A DNA stretch of 63,567 nt, taken from an uncultured Muribaculaceae bacterium (GTDB taxonomy: Bacteria; Pseudomonadota; Alphaproteobacteria; Rs-D84). Each line of letters begins with the position of its first letter. Position 1 is the first letter of the stretch. The notes under the pieces are model-generated. The model was not told the DNA's origin. It saw only the letters and a program-made list of their open reading frames with translations, and made no database searches. The stretch is taken from assembly GCA_964371145.1 (NCBI GenBank), contig CAYJKO010000001.1, positions 74,567 through 138,133 on the forward strand, written 5' to 3'. Below, in pieces: positions 8,670 to 17,909 of the stretch. Both the position numbers and the translations under genes were made by a program.

Positions 8670-10226
8670 ATGAAATCTTTATATGCAAAAATTATAACTG
8701 TTTTAATGTGCGCAGGTTTGCCTGTTGCTGGGTTTTCTGCTGGGACGTATTACAGCGGTTCATACCAATCACCACAAAGAAATTACAGTACAACAAATTA
8801 CACACAACAAAGATATGCTCCTGTTGGGACTGCTAAATATAATACGCCGTCTTACAATCAATCTTCTTATAATCCGTACAACGCTTATACACCTTATAAC
8901 GCATCAACCCAGCAAATGCAACAAACGCAAAGAACCGCTGCGACGAATTCAAGCGCAACTGCGAAAGGTTTGACTCTGAACGGTCATCTTGGGTATGAAA
9001 GTTCTATGTGGCAATTTTCTATGGCCCAGGCCGGCAGCATATTGACATATAATAATGTGGATTGGTTGACATTTAATTTGGGCGGAGATTATAAATTTGG
9101 AAATGATATACCAATGGAAATAAATGCGGGCTTAACAATAGGAACGCAAGCATCGGAAACTTATATGACGGACGACGATATCACAAATGGTGGTTATTTG
9201 GTCGCAGAATGGTATAAATCCGATAATTCTTTGTTGGGTCAACAAATCGGACACGCGATGTCAATCGGAACATCCAGCGGTGGGTCTATGTTGGGATTCC
9301 ACGCAGGGTTAGGTTTGACAGATTATTTCACAATGGGAAAAATGAAAATAACACCAAGTATTGGTTACCGCCATCACAGTTATACTTTGGAGACTGCGGG
9401 TAATTATGGTATGTCCGTTGACACGGCAGCTTGCTTTGAAACAGCAGATGGCGAAATTCAATGTGATCCAACCGTTATTATAACAACCAGCACAGGTGAT
9501 TTATATATCTTGTGGCGTGATAATACAGATGACAACTTATTGACACCAAATTCTACGAACGAATTGCCGTCCGGTATTTCAATCGCGGGAATTTCAACAG
9601 GCGGTACATATTATTATGAACAAGGTGGAACTTCTCATTCTTATGATGTTGCGTGGTCTGGTCCATATTTGGCGATGGATGGTCGTTATGATATAAATAA
9701 TGATAATTTTGTAAATGCACGCGTAGAATTGGGTTTGCCATCTTATTCAGCAATCGGAGATCAACCATACCGTTTTGATTGGGCGCATCCGAAAAGCGTA
9801 GAAGATTCTGCCGGTATTGGTTCTGCGATACATTTCGCTTTTGGTGCTGATTATAATACACGTATATCTGATTCTGTTATGTTAACGATTGGCTTGAATT
9901 ATGATAATTATTCTGTATCTGGTGGTTCTGCGACAACTTATTTGAACGAAGGTTTCTATACAGGTATTTATTCAGAATTACAGGCTTGGTGGATAGACCC
10001 GTCATATGGTAAACAGGCAAATTTAGACAATTTCTTGCCGGCAAATTGGGCGGATGCAAGCTGGGCACCGGATTCAACAATCGATCCTGCTTTGCAAGCG
10101 GTGCAAGCCGAAGCCGTTGCTATTAAAAGATTGGAAGCTGCAGATTGGCAAATTTCAACAGAAAATGAAATTGAATCTTTTTATAAATCAATTGGAATGC
10201 GTGTCGGGTTCCGCGCTGCGTTTTAA
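8670..10226 (+). CDS. Outer-membrane beta-barrel protein with Tyr/Asn/Gln/Thr-rich N-terminal region
   Basis: It has a signal peptide and a low-complexity stretch at about aa 26-100. The rest is rich in beta-strand pattern and ends in the OMP-type C-terminus GFRAAF. The family is not resolved; an omptin-like assignment is only a weak guess. Confidence 0.65.
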   Translation: MKSLYAKIITVLMCAGLPVAGFSAGTYYSGSYQSPQRNYSTTNYTQQRYAPVGTAKYNTPSYNQSSYNPYNAYTPYNASTQQMQQTQRTAATNSSATAKGLTLNGHLGYESSMWQFSMAQAGSILTYNNVDWLTFNLGGDYKFGNDIPMEINAGLTIGTQASETYMTDDDITNGGYLVAEWYKSDNSLLGQQIGHAMSIGTSSGGSMLGFHAGLGLTDYFTMGKMKITPSIGYRHHSYTLETAGNYGMSVDTAACFETADGEIQCDPTVIITTSTGDLYILWRDNTDDNLLTPNSTNELPSGISIAGISTGGTYYYEQGGTSHSYDVAWSGPYLAMDGRYDINNDNFVNARVELGLPSYSAIGDQPYRFDWAHPKSVEDSAGIGSAIHFAFGADYNTRISDSVMLTIGLNYDNYSVSGGSATTYLNEGFYTGIYSELQAWWIDPSYGKQANLDNFLPANWADASWAPDSTIDPALQAVQAEAVAIKRLEAADWQISTENEIESFYKSIGMRVGFRAAF

Positions 10227-10232
10227 AAAAAA

Positions 10233-10257
10233 ATTGGCCGTTTGGCCAATTTTTTTA
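10233..10257 (+). terminator. Rho-independent terminator
   Basis: The stem attggcc/ggccaat encloses loop gttt and is followed by a T-run. Confidence 0.7.
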
Positions 10258-10328
10258 TTTGATTGCTTGATTTTATTTATTTATTTTCGTATGCTGTATT
10301 TATATAGATAGAAGGGTTAATACATAAA

Positions 10329-10946
10329 ATGTTGAAAAAAATATTGGTTTTTTGCGCGGTTTTGACCGTATTTGTGCCGTCATTTGCAAGTGATAATATT
10401 GTAAATGGGGTGGTTACGGTTAATATGACGGGTAATACTGCGGCGGCGGCGAAAGCCGCGGCATTGGACGAAGCGCGCGAAAAAATAGTTTTTAATGTTC
10501 TGTCAAAATACACAGACGAATTAATTTTGCAAGAATTTATGGTAAAAGTGCCAAAATCTGATTTGGCAAATTTGGTGGTGTCGACCGGTATTACGGGTGA
10601 AAAATTTTCTGATACTGCGTATTCTGCCAACATAGATATGGGCGTTGATTTGGCGGCTGCAAAAAAATTGTTGGATGATAATTCTATTAATAATTGGTTG
10701 TTATATTCACAAAGAGAGGATGCACAAAAAACTTTGGTTTTTGTAACAATTGACGGATTGTCTGATTGGATTAATTTTAATAAAATTGCGCGCAATACAG
10801 GGTTCGAATTTGATTTGTCACGTATTTATGATGGACGTGCGACCGTTTCCGTTATGTCAGACAGCGCTCCTTTATTTGTATCCGCGTTTAAAACATATGG
10901 ATGGCGCGGCGGTCAATCAAATGGTGTATACCACATGTGGAAATAA
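10329..10946 (+). CDS. Hypothetical secreted protein
   Basis: The signal peptide is MLKKILVFCAVLTVFVPSFA. It is co-oriented with the next gene, 25 nt upstream of it. The antisense ORF 10277..10795 is judged spurious. Confidence 0.6.
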   Translation: MLKKILVFCAVLTVFVPSFASDNIVNGVVTVNMTGNTAAAAKAAALDEAREKIVFNVLSKYTDELILQEFMVKVPKSDLANLVVSTGITGEKFSDTAYSANIDMGVDLAAAKKLLDDNSINNWLLYSQREDAQKTLVFVTIDGLSDWINFNKIARNTGFEFDLSRIYDGRATVSVMSDSAPLFVSAFKTYGWRGGQSNGVYHMWK

Positions 10947-10971
10947 TAAATTTGGGACGAAAATATAAAAT

Positions 10972-12009
10972 ATGAAATTTGTGATTGTATCATTTTTAAC
11001 ATTATTTTTAATCCATCCTGTTTTTGGTGCGAGTATACCGGGTTCAAGTGAAGTTTTAAGTGCTTCGTCGGCCGTATGTGGTCCAGTTATAAATTCTGTT
11101 TCGGGGTTGCAGGGTACCGTTCATGAGGTGCGTAATGGATTGCTGGTTGAAAAATATATTAAATTGGATGCGCCGGCTTCCAGTGGAACTTGTGACTTTG
11201 AATATATTGAAAGTTGTTATCCGGGAACAAGCGCAACAAATTTTCATTCTTCGGATTATATAAATGGTTTTAATGGCGGGGATCGTGTGACGTTTGGTTC
11301 AGCTTATGTGCATGCGAAAAAAAGAGTAGAAGATGGAAAAATATTTTATTCTTTAAATAATTGTGGCACTTTTCAAATGGGGCCGGAAACATATTTTTCT
11401 GGTGTTATTATACCTTTGGACAACAGAAAATATATAAAATTAAACAGCTCTTATACGTATACAGATTTTAATGGGGCAACAAAAACAGGTACAGATTTTT
11501 ATTGTTATGATTTTTTGGGTTTAAATGAAAATAGTTTATATGCCGGAAAATCGGTAGAGGTTATATTTCAAGCTATAAAAGAAAATAATGTTCAAATAGA
11601 TGTTGATTATGATTATTTTACTAATGAATATAATGTCGGAGAATGGATGCCTGCGTTTGATAATTGTATTGTTCGTGAATCTTCAGCGGCGCAATGTTCT
11701 CCAAACCAACGTATGGTAGGCGGCTCTTGTACGGATTGTCCGGTCGGGTCTTTTGCGGCGACAGATGTTCATGGTTTGTCAACTTGTAATTATTGTGAAG
11801 CCGGGTATTATAAAACAGATGGTGGGGGTGACAACACATGTTACGCATGCCCAGAATTTAAGGTTTTAGAACAGACGGGCGCAATTTCAAATCTTGTGAC
11901 AAGCCCTGATTTTGCATTAGGTGCATCTTCATGTGTTGTGCCATCGGGTGAATATTCTGATGAAACGGGTGATTTTACTTTGTCTGGTAATTGTATCGCT
12001 GCACCTTAA
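10972..12009 (+). CDS. Secreted protein with C-terminal ephrin-receptor-like (GCC2/GCC3-type) cysteine-rich repeats
   Basis: It has a signal peptide. The C-terminus reads CSPNQRMVGGSCTDCPVGSFAATDVHGLSTCNYCEAGYYKTDGGGDNTCYACPEF, which fits the pattern C..C..G.Y...C..CP. Confidence 0.65.
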   Translation: MKFVIVSFLTLFLIHPVFGASIPGSSEVLSASSAVCGPVINSVSGLQGTVHEVRNGLLVEKYIKLDAPASSGTCDFEYIESCYPGTSATNFHSSDYINGFNGGDRVTFGSAYVHAKKRVEDGKIFYSLNNCGTFQMGPETYFSGVIIPLDNRKYIKLNSSYTYTDFNGATKTGTDFYCYDFLGLNENSLYAGKSVEVIFQAIKENNVQIDVDYDYFTNEYNVGEWMPAFDNCIVRESSAAQCSPNQRMVGGSCTDCPVGSFAATDVHGLSTCNYCEAGYYKTDGGGDNTCYACPEFKVLEQTGAISNLVTSPDFALGASSCVVPSGEYSDETGDFTLSGNCIAAP

Positions 12010-12021
12010 TCGTTTTTTTTC

Positions 12022-12050
12022 TTGATTTTTTTATGCGCGTGTCTTATAAT
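12022..12050 (+). promoter_or_regulatory. Sigma70-type promoter upstream of rpsB
   Basis: TTGATT (12022-12027), a 17-nt spacer, then TATAAT (12045-12050). This leaves a leader of about 115 nt before rpsB. Confidence 0.5.
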
Positions 12051-12171
12051 TCGTGCACTTGCGGAAATTTTTCGCATGAATAACACAGTCTTTTTGATGC
12101 TTTCTGTCCAATTTTAAAATTGGCTTTTGCAAAAAGATCAGGTAAAAACAGAAAAAAATAAGGATATAAAA

Positions 12172-13026
12172 ATGGCATTACCTAAATTTACTATGAAACA
12201 ATTAATGGAAGCTGGCGTTCATTTTGGACACCATACTCGTCGTTGGAACCCATTGATGACACCATACGTTTATGGCGTTAAAGATAAAATTCACATTATT
12301 AATTTAAATAAAACTGCTCCATTATTGCACCGTTCTTTGGTTGCATTAGAAGCAATCGCAGCTGTTGGTGGAAAAATCTTGTTCGTTGCAACAAAACACC
12401 AAGCAAAAGAAATCGTAAAAGATGCAGCTATGCGTTGTGGTCAATATTATGTAAATAACAGATGGTTGGGCGGTATGATGACAAATTGGCCAACAGTTTC
12501 TATGAGCATCCGTCGTTTGAAAAAAATGGAAGCAGATATTGAAAATGCTGAAAAATTAGGATTAACTAAAAAAGAAATTGGCGTTATGACAAAAGAAGCT
12601 GGAAAATTACGCGACATATTCGGTGGTATCATGGATATGCACGGTGTTCCACAAGCAGTTGTTATTATCGACGTACCACGTGAAATGAATGCTGTACGCG
12701 AAGCTAAAAATTTAAACATCCCAACAATTGCTATTTGCGATACAAATGCAAACCCAGAAGCTGTGGATTACCCAGTTCCAGGTAATGATGACGCGTCACG
12801 CGCGACTCAATTATATTGTGATTTGTTTGTTGATGCAATCTTGTCTGGTATCGAAAAAAAATTGTCCGGTTCAGATCGTAAAAAAGTAGAATCTGTTTCT
12901 AAATCTGATATCGCAGAAGAATTTGAAGATGAAGCCAAAAAATCAGCTGCTAAAACAAAATCAAAAATATCAGAAGCCAAAAACGAACGTCGTGAAAAAT
13001 TGGCAGATAAAGCAGATAATGCTTAA
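12172..13026 (+). CDS. rpsB: 30S ribosomal protein S2
   Basis: It carries the HFGH.TRRWNP signature. The ATG at 12172 has an AAGGA RBS; the track start at 12127 is TTG. Confidence 0.95.
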   Translation: MALPKFTMKQLMEAGVHFGHHTRRWNPLMTPYVYGVKDKIHIINLNKTAPLLHRSLVALEAIAAVGGKILFVATKHQAKEIVKDAAMRCGQYYVNNRWLGGMMTNWPTVSMSIRRLKKMEADIENAEKLGLTKKEIGVMTKEAGKLRDIFGGIMDMHGVPQAVVIIDVPREMNAVREAKNLNIPTIAICDTNANPEAVDYPVPGNDDASRATQLYCDLFVDAILSGIEKKLSGSDRKKVESVSKSDIAEEFEDEAKKSAAKTKSKISEAKNERREKLADKADNA

Positions 13027-13109
13027 TACATTACATTAAATATATTCTGTGGATTTAAAACCCACAGAATATATAAATTTTAATTTTACATAAACAAAAG
13101 GAAAGACGA

Positions 13110-13979
13110 ATGGCAGAAATTACAGCAAAATTAATCCAAACTTTAAGAGAAATGACCAGCGCAGGTATGTTGGATTGTAAAAAAGCATTGATCGAAACAG
13201 ACGGCGATGTCCAGGCTGCTGCTGATTGGTTGCGTCAAAAAGGTATTGTAAAAGCTGCATCCAAAGCAGGGCGCGTTGCCGCATCCGGTTTAGTGTCGGT
13301 TATCAAATGCGATAAATTCGGTTGCGTTGTTGAATTAAACGCAGAAACAGATTTCGTTGCTAAAAATGAAAAATTCCAAAACTTGGTGTCATCTGTTGCA
13401 AACAAAGCTGCTGAATTGAGCGGTGATTTTGATGCAACTTTGGACGCTGTAAAAGACGATATTGCTGCAACTATTGCAACTATCGGTGAAAATATGAATT
13501 TGCGTCGTATTAATAAAGTTGAAGGCGATAATATTTATACTTATGTTCATAACGCATTGGTGCCAAATATGGGTCAAATCGGTGTGGTTGTTGGTATTAA
13601 CGGAGACGCCGACAAAGTTAATGAAATCGGACCAAAAATTGCTATGCACATTGCGGCAACTCGTCCTGAATTTATGACAATTGCAGACGTTGATGCGACA
13701 GCTGTTGAACGTGAAAAGAAAGTTTTCATCGAATCTGGCGCAACAGATGGTAAACCTGAAAATATCGTAGAAAATATGGTAAAGGGACGTATCCAAAAAT
13801 GGTATGGTGAATCTGTATTAGAAGAACAACCATTTGTTATGGATCCATCTAAAACCGTTAAAGCAACTTTGGCAGATTTGGGCGCATCTTTATCCGGATT
13901 TTCTTATTACGTATTGGGCGAAGGAATTGAAAAAGCAGAAGATAATTTGGCAGACGAAGTTGCGAAAATGTTGTCTTAA
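13110..13979 (+). CDS. tsf: Elongation factor Ts
   Basis: The N-terminal UBA-like region reads LREMTSAGMLDCKKAL. It sits in the conserved rpsB-tsf arrangement. Confidence 0.95.
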   Translation: MAEITAKLIQTLREMTSAGMLDCKKALIETDGDVQAAADWLRQKGIVKAASKAGRVAASGLVSVIKCDKFGCVVELNAETDFVAKNEKFQNLVSSVANKAAELSGDFDATLDAVKDDIAATIATIGENMNLRRINKVEGDNIYTYVHNALVPNMGQIGVVVGINGDADKVNEIGPKIAMHIAATRPEFMTIADVDATAVEREKKVFIESGATDGKPENIVENMVKGRIQKWYGESVLEEQPFVMDPSKTVKATLADLGASLSGFSYYVLGEGIEKAEDNLADEVAKMLS

Positions 13980-14010
13980 TAATTGCTTTTTAATTACTTT
14001 GCAAAAATTT

Positions 14011-14040
14011 AATCCTCTGAATTCCCAGAGGATTATTTTT
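14011..14040 (+). terminator. Rho-independent terminator after tsf
   Basis: The stem aatcctctg/cagaggatt is followed by a T-rich tract. Confidence 0.7.
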
Positions 14041-14103
14041 ATTAAAGATTTTAAATGTTTGCTGTGATATAATATAATAATAATTAATCAAAGGATGGTA
14101 AAT

Positions 14104-15321
14104 ATGAAAAACGAATTAATTAATGAATTAGAACAACGCGGATTTGTTCATCAATTTTCAAATATGGATGGATTAAATGATGCTTTGAATTCTGGAAAAA
14201 TTGCGCTGTATTTGGGGTCCGATCCAACGGCCGATTCGTTACACGTTGGGCATTTGGTACCGGTTATGATGATGCGTATATTTCAAAAATATGGGCATAC
14301 CCCAATTATGTTGGTTGGCGGTGCAACGGGCCGCATTGGTGATCCGTCTGGTCGTGATACGGGGCGCCCGATGTTGTCGGATGCGGATTTAGATAAAAAT
14401 TTGGCTGGGTTAAAAAAATCTTATTCGAAATTCATAAATTTCGATTGCGATAATTCTGCGATTATGGTGGACAATTATGATTGGATGAAAACGTATTCTC
14501 ATATCGATTTTTTGCGTGATTTTGGAACAGATTTTACCGTTCCGCGTATGCTTTCTATGGAATCTGTGAAACGCAGATTAGAAACGGGTATGACATTTTT
14601 GGAATTCAATTATATGACTTTCCAAGCGGTAGATTTCTTGGAATTGTATAAAAAACACAATTGCGTTTTGCAAATTTGTGGTGCCGATCAATGGGGGAAT
14701 TCTATTATGGGAATCGAATTGGTGCGTAAAAAAATGCGTTCCGAAGTATTCGTTTTGTCGACCGCATTAATTACAGATTCTGCCGGCAATAAAATCGGAA
14801 AATCTGCGGGTAACGCCGTTTGGGTAAATGAAGATAAAACATCTCCATACGAATATTATCAATATTTCCGTAATGTGTCGGACGATTTAGTTGTTAAATT
14901 TTTAAAATTATTTACAGATTTATCTTTGTCTGAAATTGCAGAATATGAAAATTTAACAGGCGCAGAATTAAATGCTGTTAAAAGAAAATTGGCATATTTG
15001 GCAACCGAAATTGCTCATGGTTCTGATGCTGCAAAAACATCAGAAAAAACATCAGATGAATTATTTTCTGGTGGCGGCAGCGCGTCTGCACCATCGGCTG
15101 AATTTACGGCAGAAACAGATAGTGTTTCAATCACAGATTTAATTTTATCCGTTGGTTTGGTGCCGTCCAAATCCGAAGCCAGACGTACAATAGAACAGGG
15201 TGGGTTAACCGTAAATGACGAAAAAATTGTCGATTTTAATTTGATTTTGAATATCAAATCGGGGGACGAAATTATGTTGAAAAAAGGTAAAAAAAATTAT
15301 CTAAAAGTAATCATAAAATAA
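14104..15321 (+). CDS. tyrS: Tyrosine--tRNA ligase
   Basis: It has a HIGH-type HVGH motif, a KMSKS-type KIGKS motif and a C-terminal S4-like domain. The ATG at 14104 lies 8 nt after AAGGA. Confidence 0.9.
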   Translation: MKNELINELEQRGFVHQFSNMDGLNDALNSGKIALYLGSDPTADSLHVGHLVPVMMMRIFQKYGHTPIMLVGGATGRIGDPSGRDTGRPMLSDADLDKNLAGLKKSYSKFINFDCDNSAIMVDNYDWMKTYSHIDFLRDFGTDFTVPRMLSMESVKRRLETGMTFLEFNYMTFQAVDFLELYKKHNCVLQICGADQWGNSIMGIELVRKKMRSEVFVLSTALITDSAGNKIGKSAGNAVWVNEDKTSPYEYYQYFRNVSDDLVVKFLKLFTDLSLSEIAEYENLTGAELNAVKRKLAYLATEIAHGSDAAKTSEKTSDELFSGGGSASAPSAEFTAETDSVSITDLILSVGLVPSKSEARRTIEQGGLTVNDEKIVDFNLILNIKSGDEIMLKKGKKNYLKVIIK

Positions 15322-15322
15322 T

Positions 15323-16393
15323 ATGAAAAAAATTGTCGTTTTTATTTTTGTCGCAATGTTTGCCTTCCACGTGGGGGCAAACAGCGAACTTTCCAAAATT
15401 CAATCCGAAATTAAACAGGCTAAAATCGCAGAACGTCAATTACAAGAGAAATATGAATCATCAAATCGAGACATCCAAAGAACAAAAAAAGATTTGGTGT
15501 ATACTGCGACAAAATTCAGTGAATTAGAACATGAACGCGCCAAAATAAAAGAAAATATTAAAAAATTAACGGATAATCAAAAAGATTTAACAGAAAAATT
15601 AGAAGAAAACAGATCGAATATTGCAGATTCTGCTGCGGCTATTTTATTCGTTGCAAATAATCCAAATTTTGATTCCGATAATATGAAAGATTATGTTTTA
15701 ACATCCGCGGTTTTAAGTGGGGCGGCAACCAATTTCCAAGACGAAATAGATTTAATGGAAGATCAAATAGAAGAATTAGAAGACATCAAAGATGAATTAG
15801 AATCCGAAATAGAAAAATTGGATGAAACAGCAGAAAGATTTGCATCCCAGAAAAAAGAATTGGATGATTTGTTGCGTGACAGATCTGCGCAAAATAAAAA
15901 TTTAAAAACCCAGCAGACAAATGTGCAAAAAAAATTAAAGACTTTGTCCGCCAAAGCTAAAAATATTTCCGATTTGGCATCTGGCGTGGGCAGCTCTGAA
16001 ATGTCGGGATCGTCCCGTTTCAGTTTTCGAAAATTAAACCCGCCGGTAAAGGGTGATTTGATTCAGAAATTTGGTGATAAATTGACCGCAGGTCGCACGG
16101 CGGACGGTTGGAAAATTGCTGCTTCTGGCGGTGCTTTGGTTGTCGCGCCCGCGGATGGTGTCGTTAAATTTGCAGACGATTTCAAAGGATTTGGGCAAAT
16201 TATAATTATATCCCATAAAAACGGATACAATACCGTTATGACGAATTTGGGACAAATTGACGTATTGATAAACCAAGAAGTTTTAGGTGGCGAGCCGGTG
16301 GGCCGTATGAGCGAATCTAAACCTGAAATGTATCTGGAAGTGCGCCGCGGAAAATCTGTTGTTGATCCCGAAAAATTATTTAAGACGCCATAA
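15323..16393 (+). CDS. EnvC-like coiled-coil M23 peptidase-domain protein (murein hydrolase activator type)
   Basis: It has a signal peptide, a long coiled coil and a C-terminal M23/LytM domain. Confidence 0.75.
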   Translation: MKKIVVFIFVAMFAFHVGANSELSKIQSEIKQAKIAERQLQEKYESSNRDIQRTKKDLVYTATKFSELEHERAKIKENIKKLTDNQKDLTEKLEENRSNIADSAAAILFVANNPNFDSDNMKDYVLTSAVLSGAATNFQDEIDLMEDQIEELEDIKDELESEIEKLDETAERFASQKKELDDLLRDRSAQNKNLKTQQTNVQKKLKTLSAKAKNISDLASGVGSSEMSGSSRFSFRKLNPPVKGDLIQKFGDKLTAGRTADGWKIAASGGALVVAPADGVVKFADDFKGFGQIIIISHKNGYNTVMTNLGQIDVLINQEVLGGEPVGRMSESKPEMYLEVRRGKSVVDPEKLFKTP

Positions 16394-16456
16394 AAAATGC
16401 GGTTGAAATCAATATAAATTTGTTATAGAATTTTAACGATAAAAGAAGGAAGAAAT

Positions 16457-17824
16457 ATGTTAAAAAAATTTTTAATTTTAATGGTTATGATAATCCCAAC
16501 AATTGTGATGGCGGGGGATAATAAAAAAGATGACGAGCCGGTTGTACATTTAACAGATGAAGAAATTTATGAAGAATTAAAAAAATTGGCATTGGTTTTT
16601 GAAACCGCACGTGAAAATTTTGTTGAACCGGCGGACGAGAAAAAAATGTTGGAAGGCGCGATGAACGGTATGTTAGAAGCATTAGATCCACATTCTGCAT
16701 ATTTGCCAAAGGACGATTTCAAAGATTTTAATGACAAATCACATGGTGAATTTGGTGGATTGGGAATTCAAATAACCAGCGACAAGGGCGCGGTAAAAGT
16801 TATATCGCCGATGGATGATACTCCGGCCGAAAAAGCGGGTATAAAAGCGGGTGATTATATTACTCATATCGACGGGGAACAGGTGTTCGATTTGACTTTA
16901 AGTCAGGCTACGAAAAAAATGAAAGGTCGTCCGGGGACAAAAGTAAAATTACGTGTTGTATCAGATGGCGAAGCAAAAGACATTACATTAAAACGTGCAA
17001 TTATAAAGGTTAAATCTGTAAAATTTGAAACAAAGGGTATGGATGGCGCAGATGAAGACGAAAAAAATATCGGATATATCCGTATTTCAGATTTCGGCGC
17101 GACAACTACGAAAGAATTGCACGACGCGATTAAAAAATTAGAAAAAAAAGATGTAATCGGATACGTGTTGGACGTCCGTAATAATCCGGGTGGTTATTTG
17201 ACGGCCGCAATAGAAGTGTCAGACGCGTTTTTAGATTCTGGCGAAATCGTATCGACCCGCGGGAAAGATAAAAATGACATTATCCGCAGCGTTGCCCAAA
17301 AGGGTGATTTAATAAACGGTAAACCAATTGTTGTATTAATTAATCACGGATCTGCGTCCGCATCTGAAATTGTGGCAGGTGCAATCCAAGATAATAATCG
17401 CGGTATTATTATGGGATCTCAAAGCTTTGGAAAGGGCAGTGTACAACAACAAAAACCATTGGGTGATGGGACCGCAATTCATATTACTATTGCACGTTAT
17501 TACACTCCGAACGGAACGTCTATCCAGGGGACGGGAATTACACCAGACGTCGAAGTTTTACACAGCAAGGTCGAAGTGTTAGAAAAAAAAGAAAGTCTGT
17601 ATTCCGAGGCGTCATTTAAAAATGCTTTGAAAAATGAAGATAAAAAAAGCAAAGATAAAGATGAAGACGATGATGAAACAGATGAATTAACAGATGAGGA
17701 AAAAGACGCGCGTGATTATCAATTGCAACGTGGTATGGATATGGTGCGAGCCATGGTTAAAATCGATGCTAAAAATCGGTCGGATGCCGATAAGGATGAC
17801 GCGGAAGATTCTGATAACGATTAA
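16457..17824 (+). CDS. ctpA: Carboxy-terminal processing protease (S41)
   Basis: A PDZ region is followed by the S41 core with GSASASEI. It ends in an acidic tail. Confidence 0.9.
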   Translation: MLKKFLILMVMIIPTIVMAGDNKKDDEPVVHLTDEEIYEELKKLALVFETARENFVEPADEKKMLEGAMNGMLEALDPHSAYLPKDDFKDFNDKSHGEFGGLGIQITSDKGAVKVISPMDDTPAEKAGIKAGDYITHIDGEQVFDLTLSQATKKMKGRPGTKVKLRVVSDGEAKDITLKRAIIKVKSVKFETKGMDGADEDEKNIGYIRISDFGATTTKELHDAIKKLEKKDVIGYVLDVRNNPGGYLTAAIEVSDAFLDSGEIVSTRGKDKNDIIRSVAQKGDLINGKPIVVLINHGSASASEIVAGAIQDNNRGIIMGSQSFGKGSVQQQKPLGDGTAIHITIARYYTPNGTSIQGTGITPDVEVLHSKVEVLEKKESLYSEASFKNALKNEDKKSKDKDEDDDETDELTDEEKDARDYQLQRGMDMVRAMVKIDAKNRSDADKDDAEDSDND

Positions 17825-17827
17825 AAT

Positions 17828-17852
17828 AAAGCCCCATTTCGGGGTTTTATTT
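17828..17852 (+). terminator. Rho-independent terminator after ctpA
   Basis: The hairpin aaagcccc-atttc-ggggtttt is followed by a T-run. Confidence 0.65.
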
Positions 17853-17909
17853 TATGGATTAATTCCCAATTTTTTGATATGATGTATTCGTAAAAATTAC
17901 GGAGAAAAT

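Noticed and set aside
10277-10795. A 172-aa minus-strand ORF.
   Set aside because: It is antisense to 10329..10946, which has a clean signal peptide and fits the local operon orientation.
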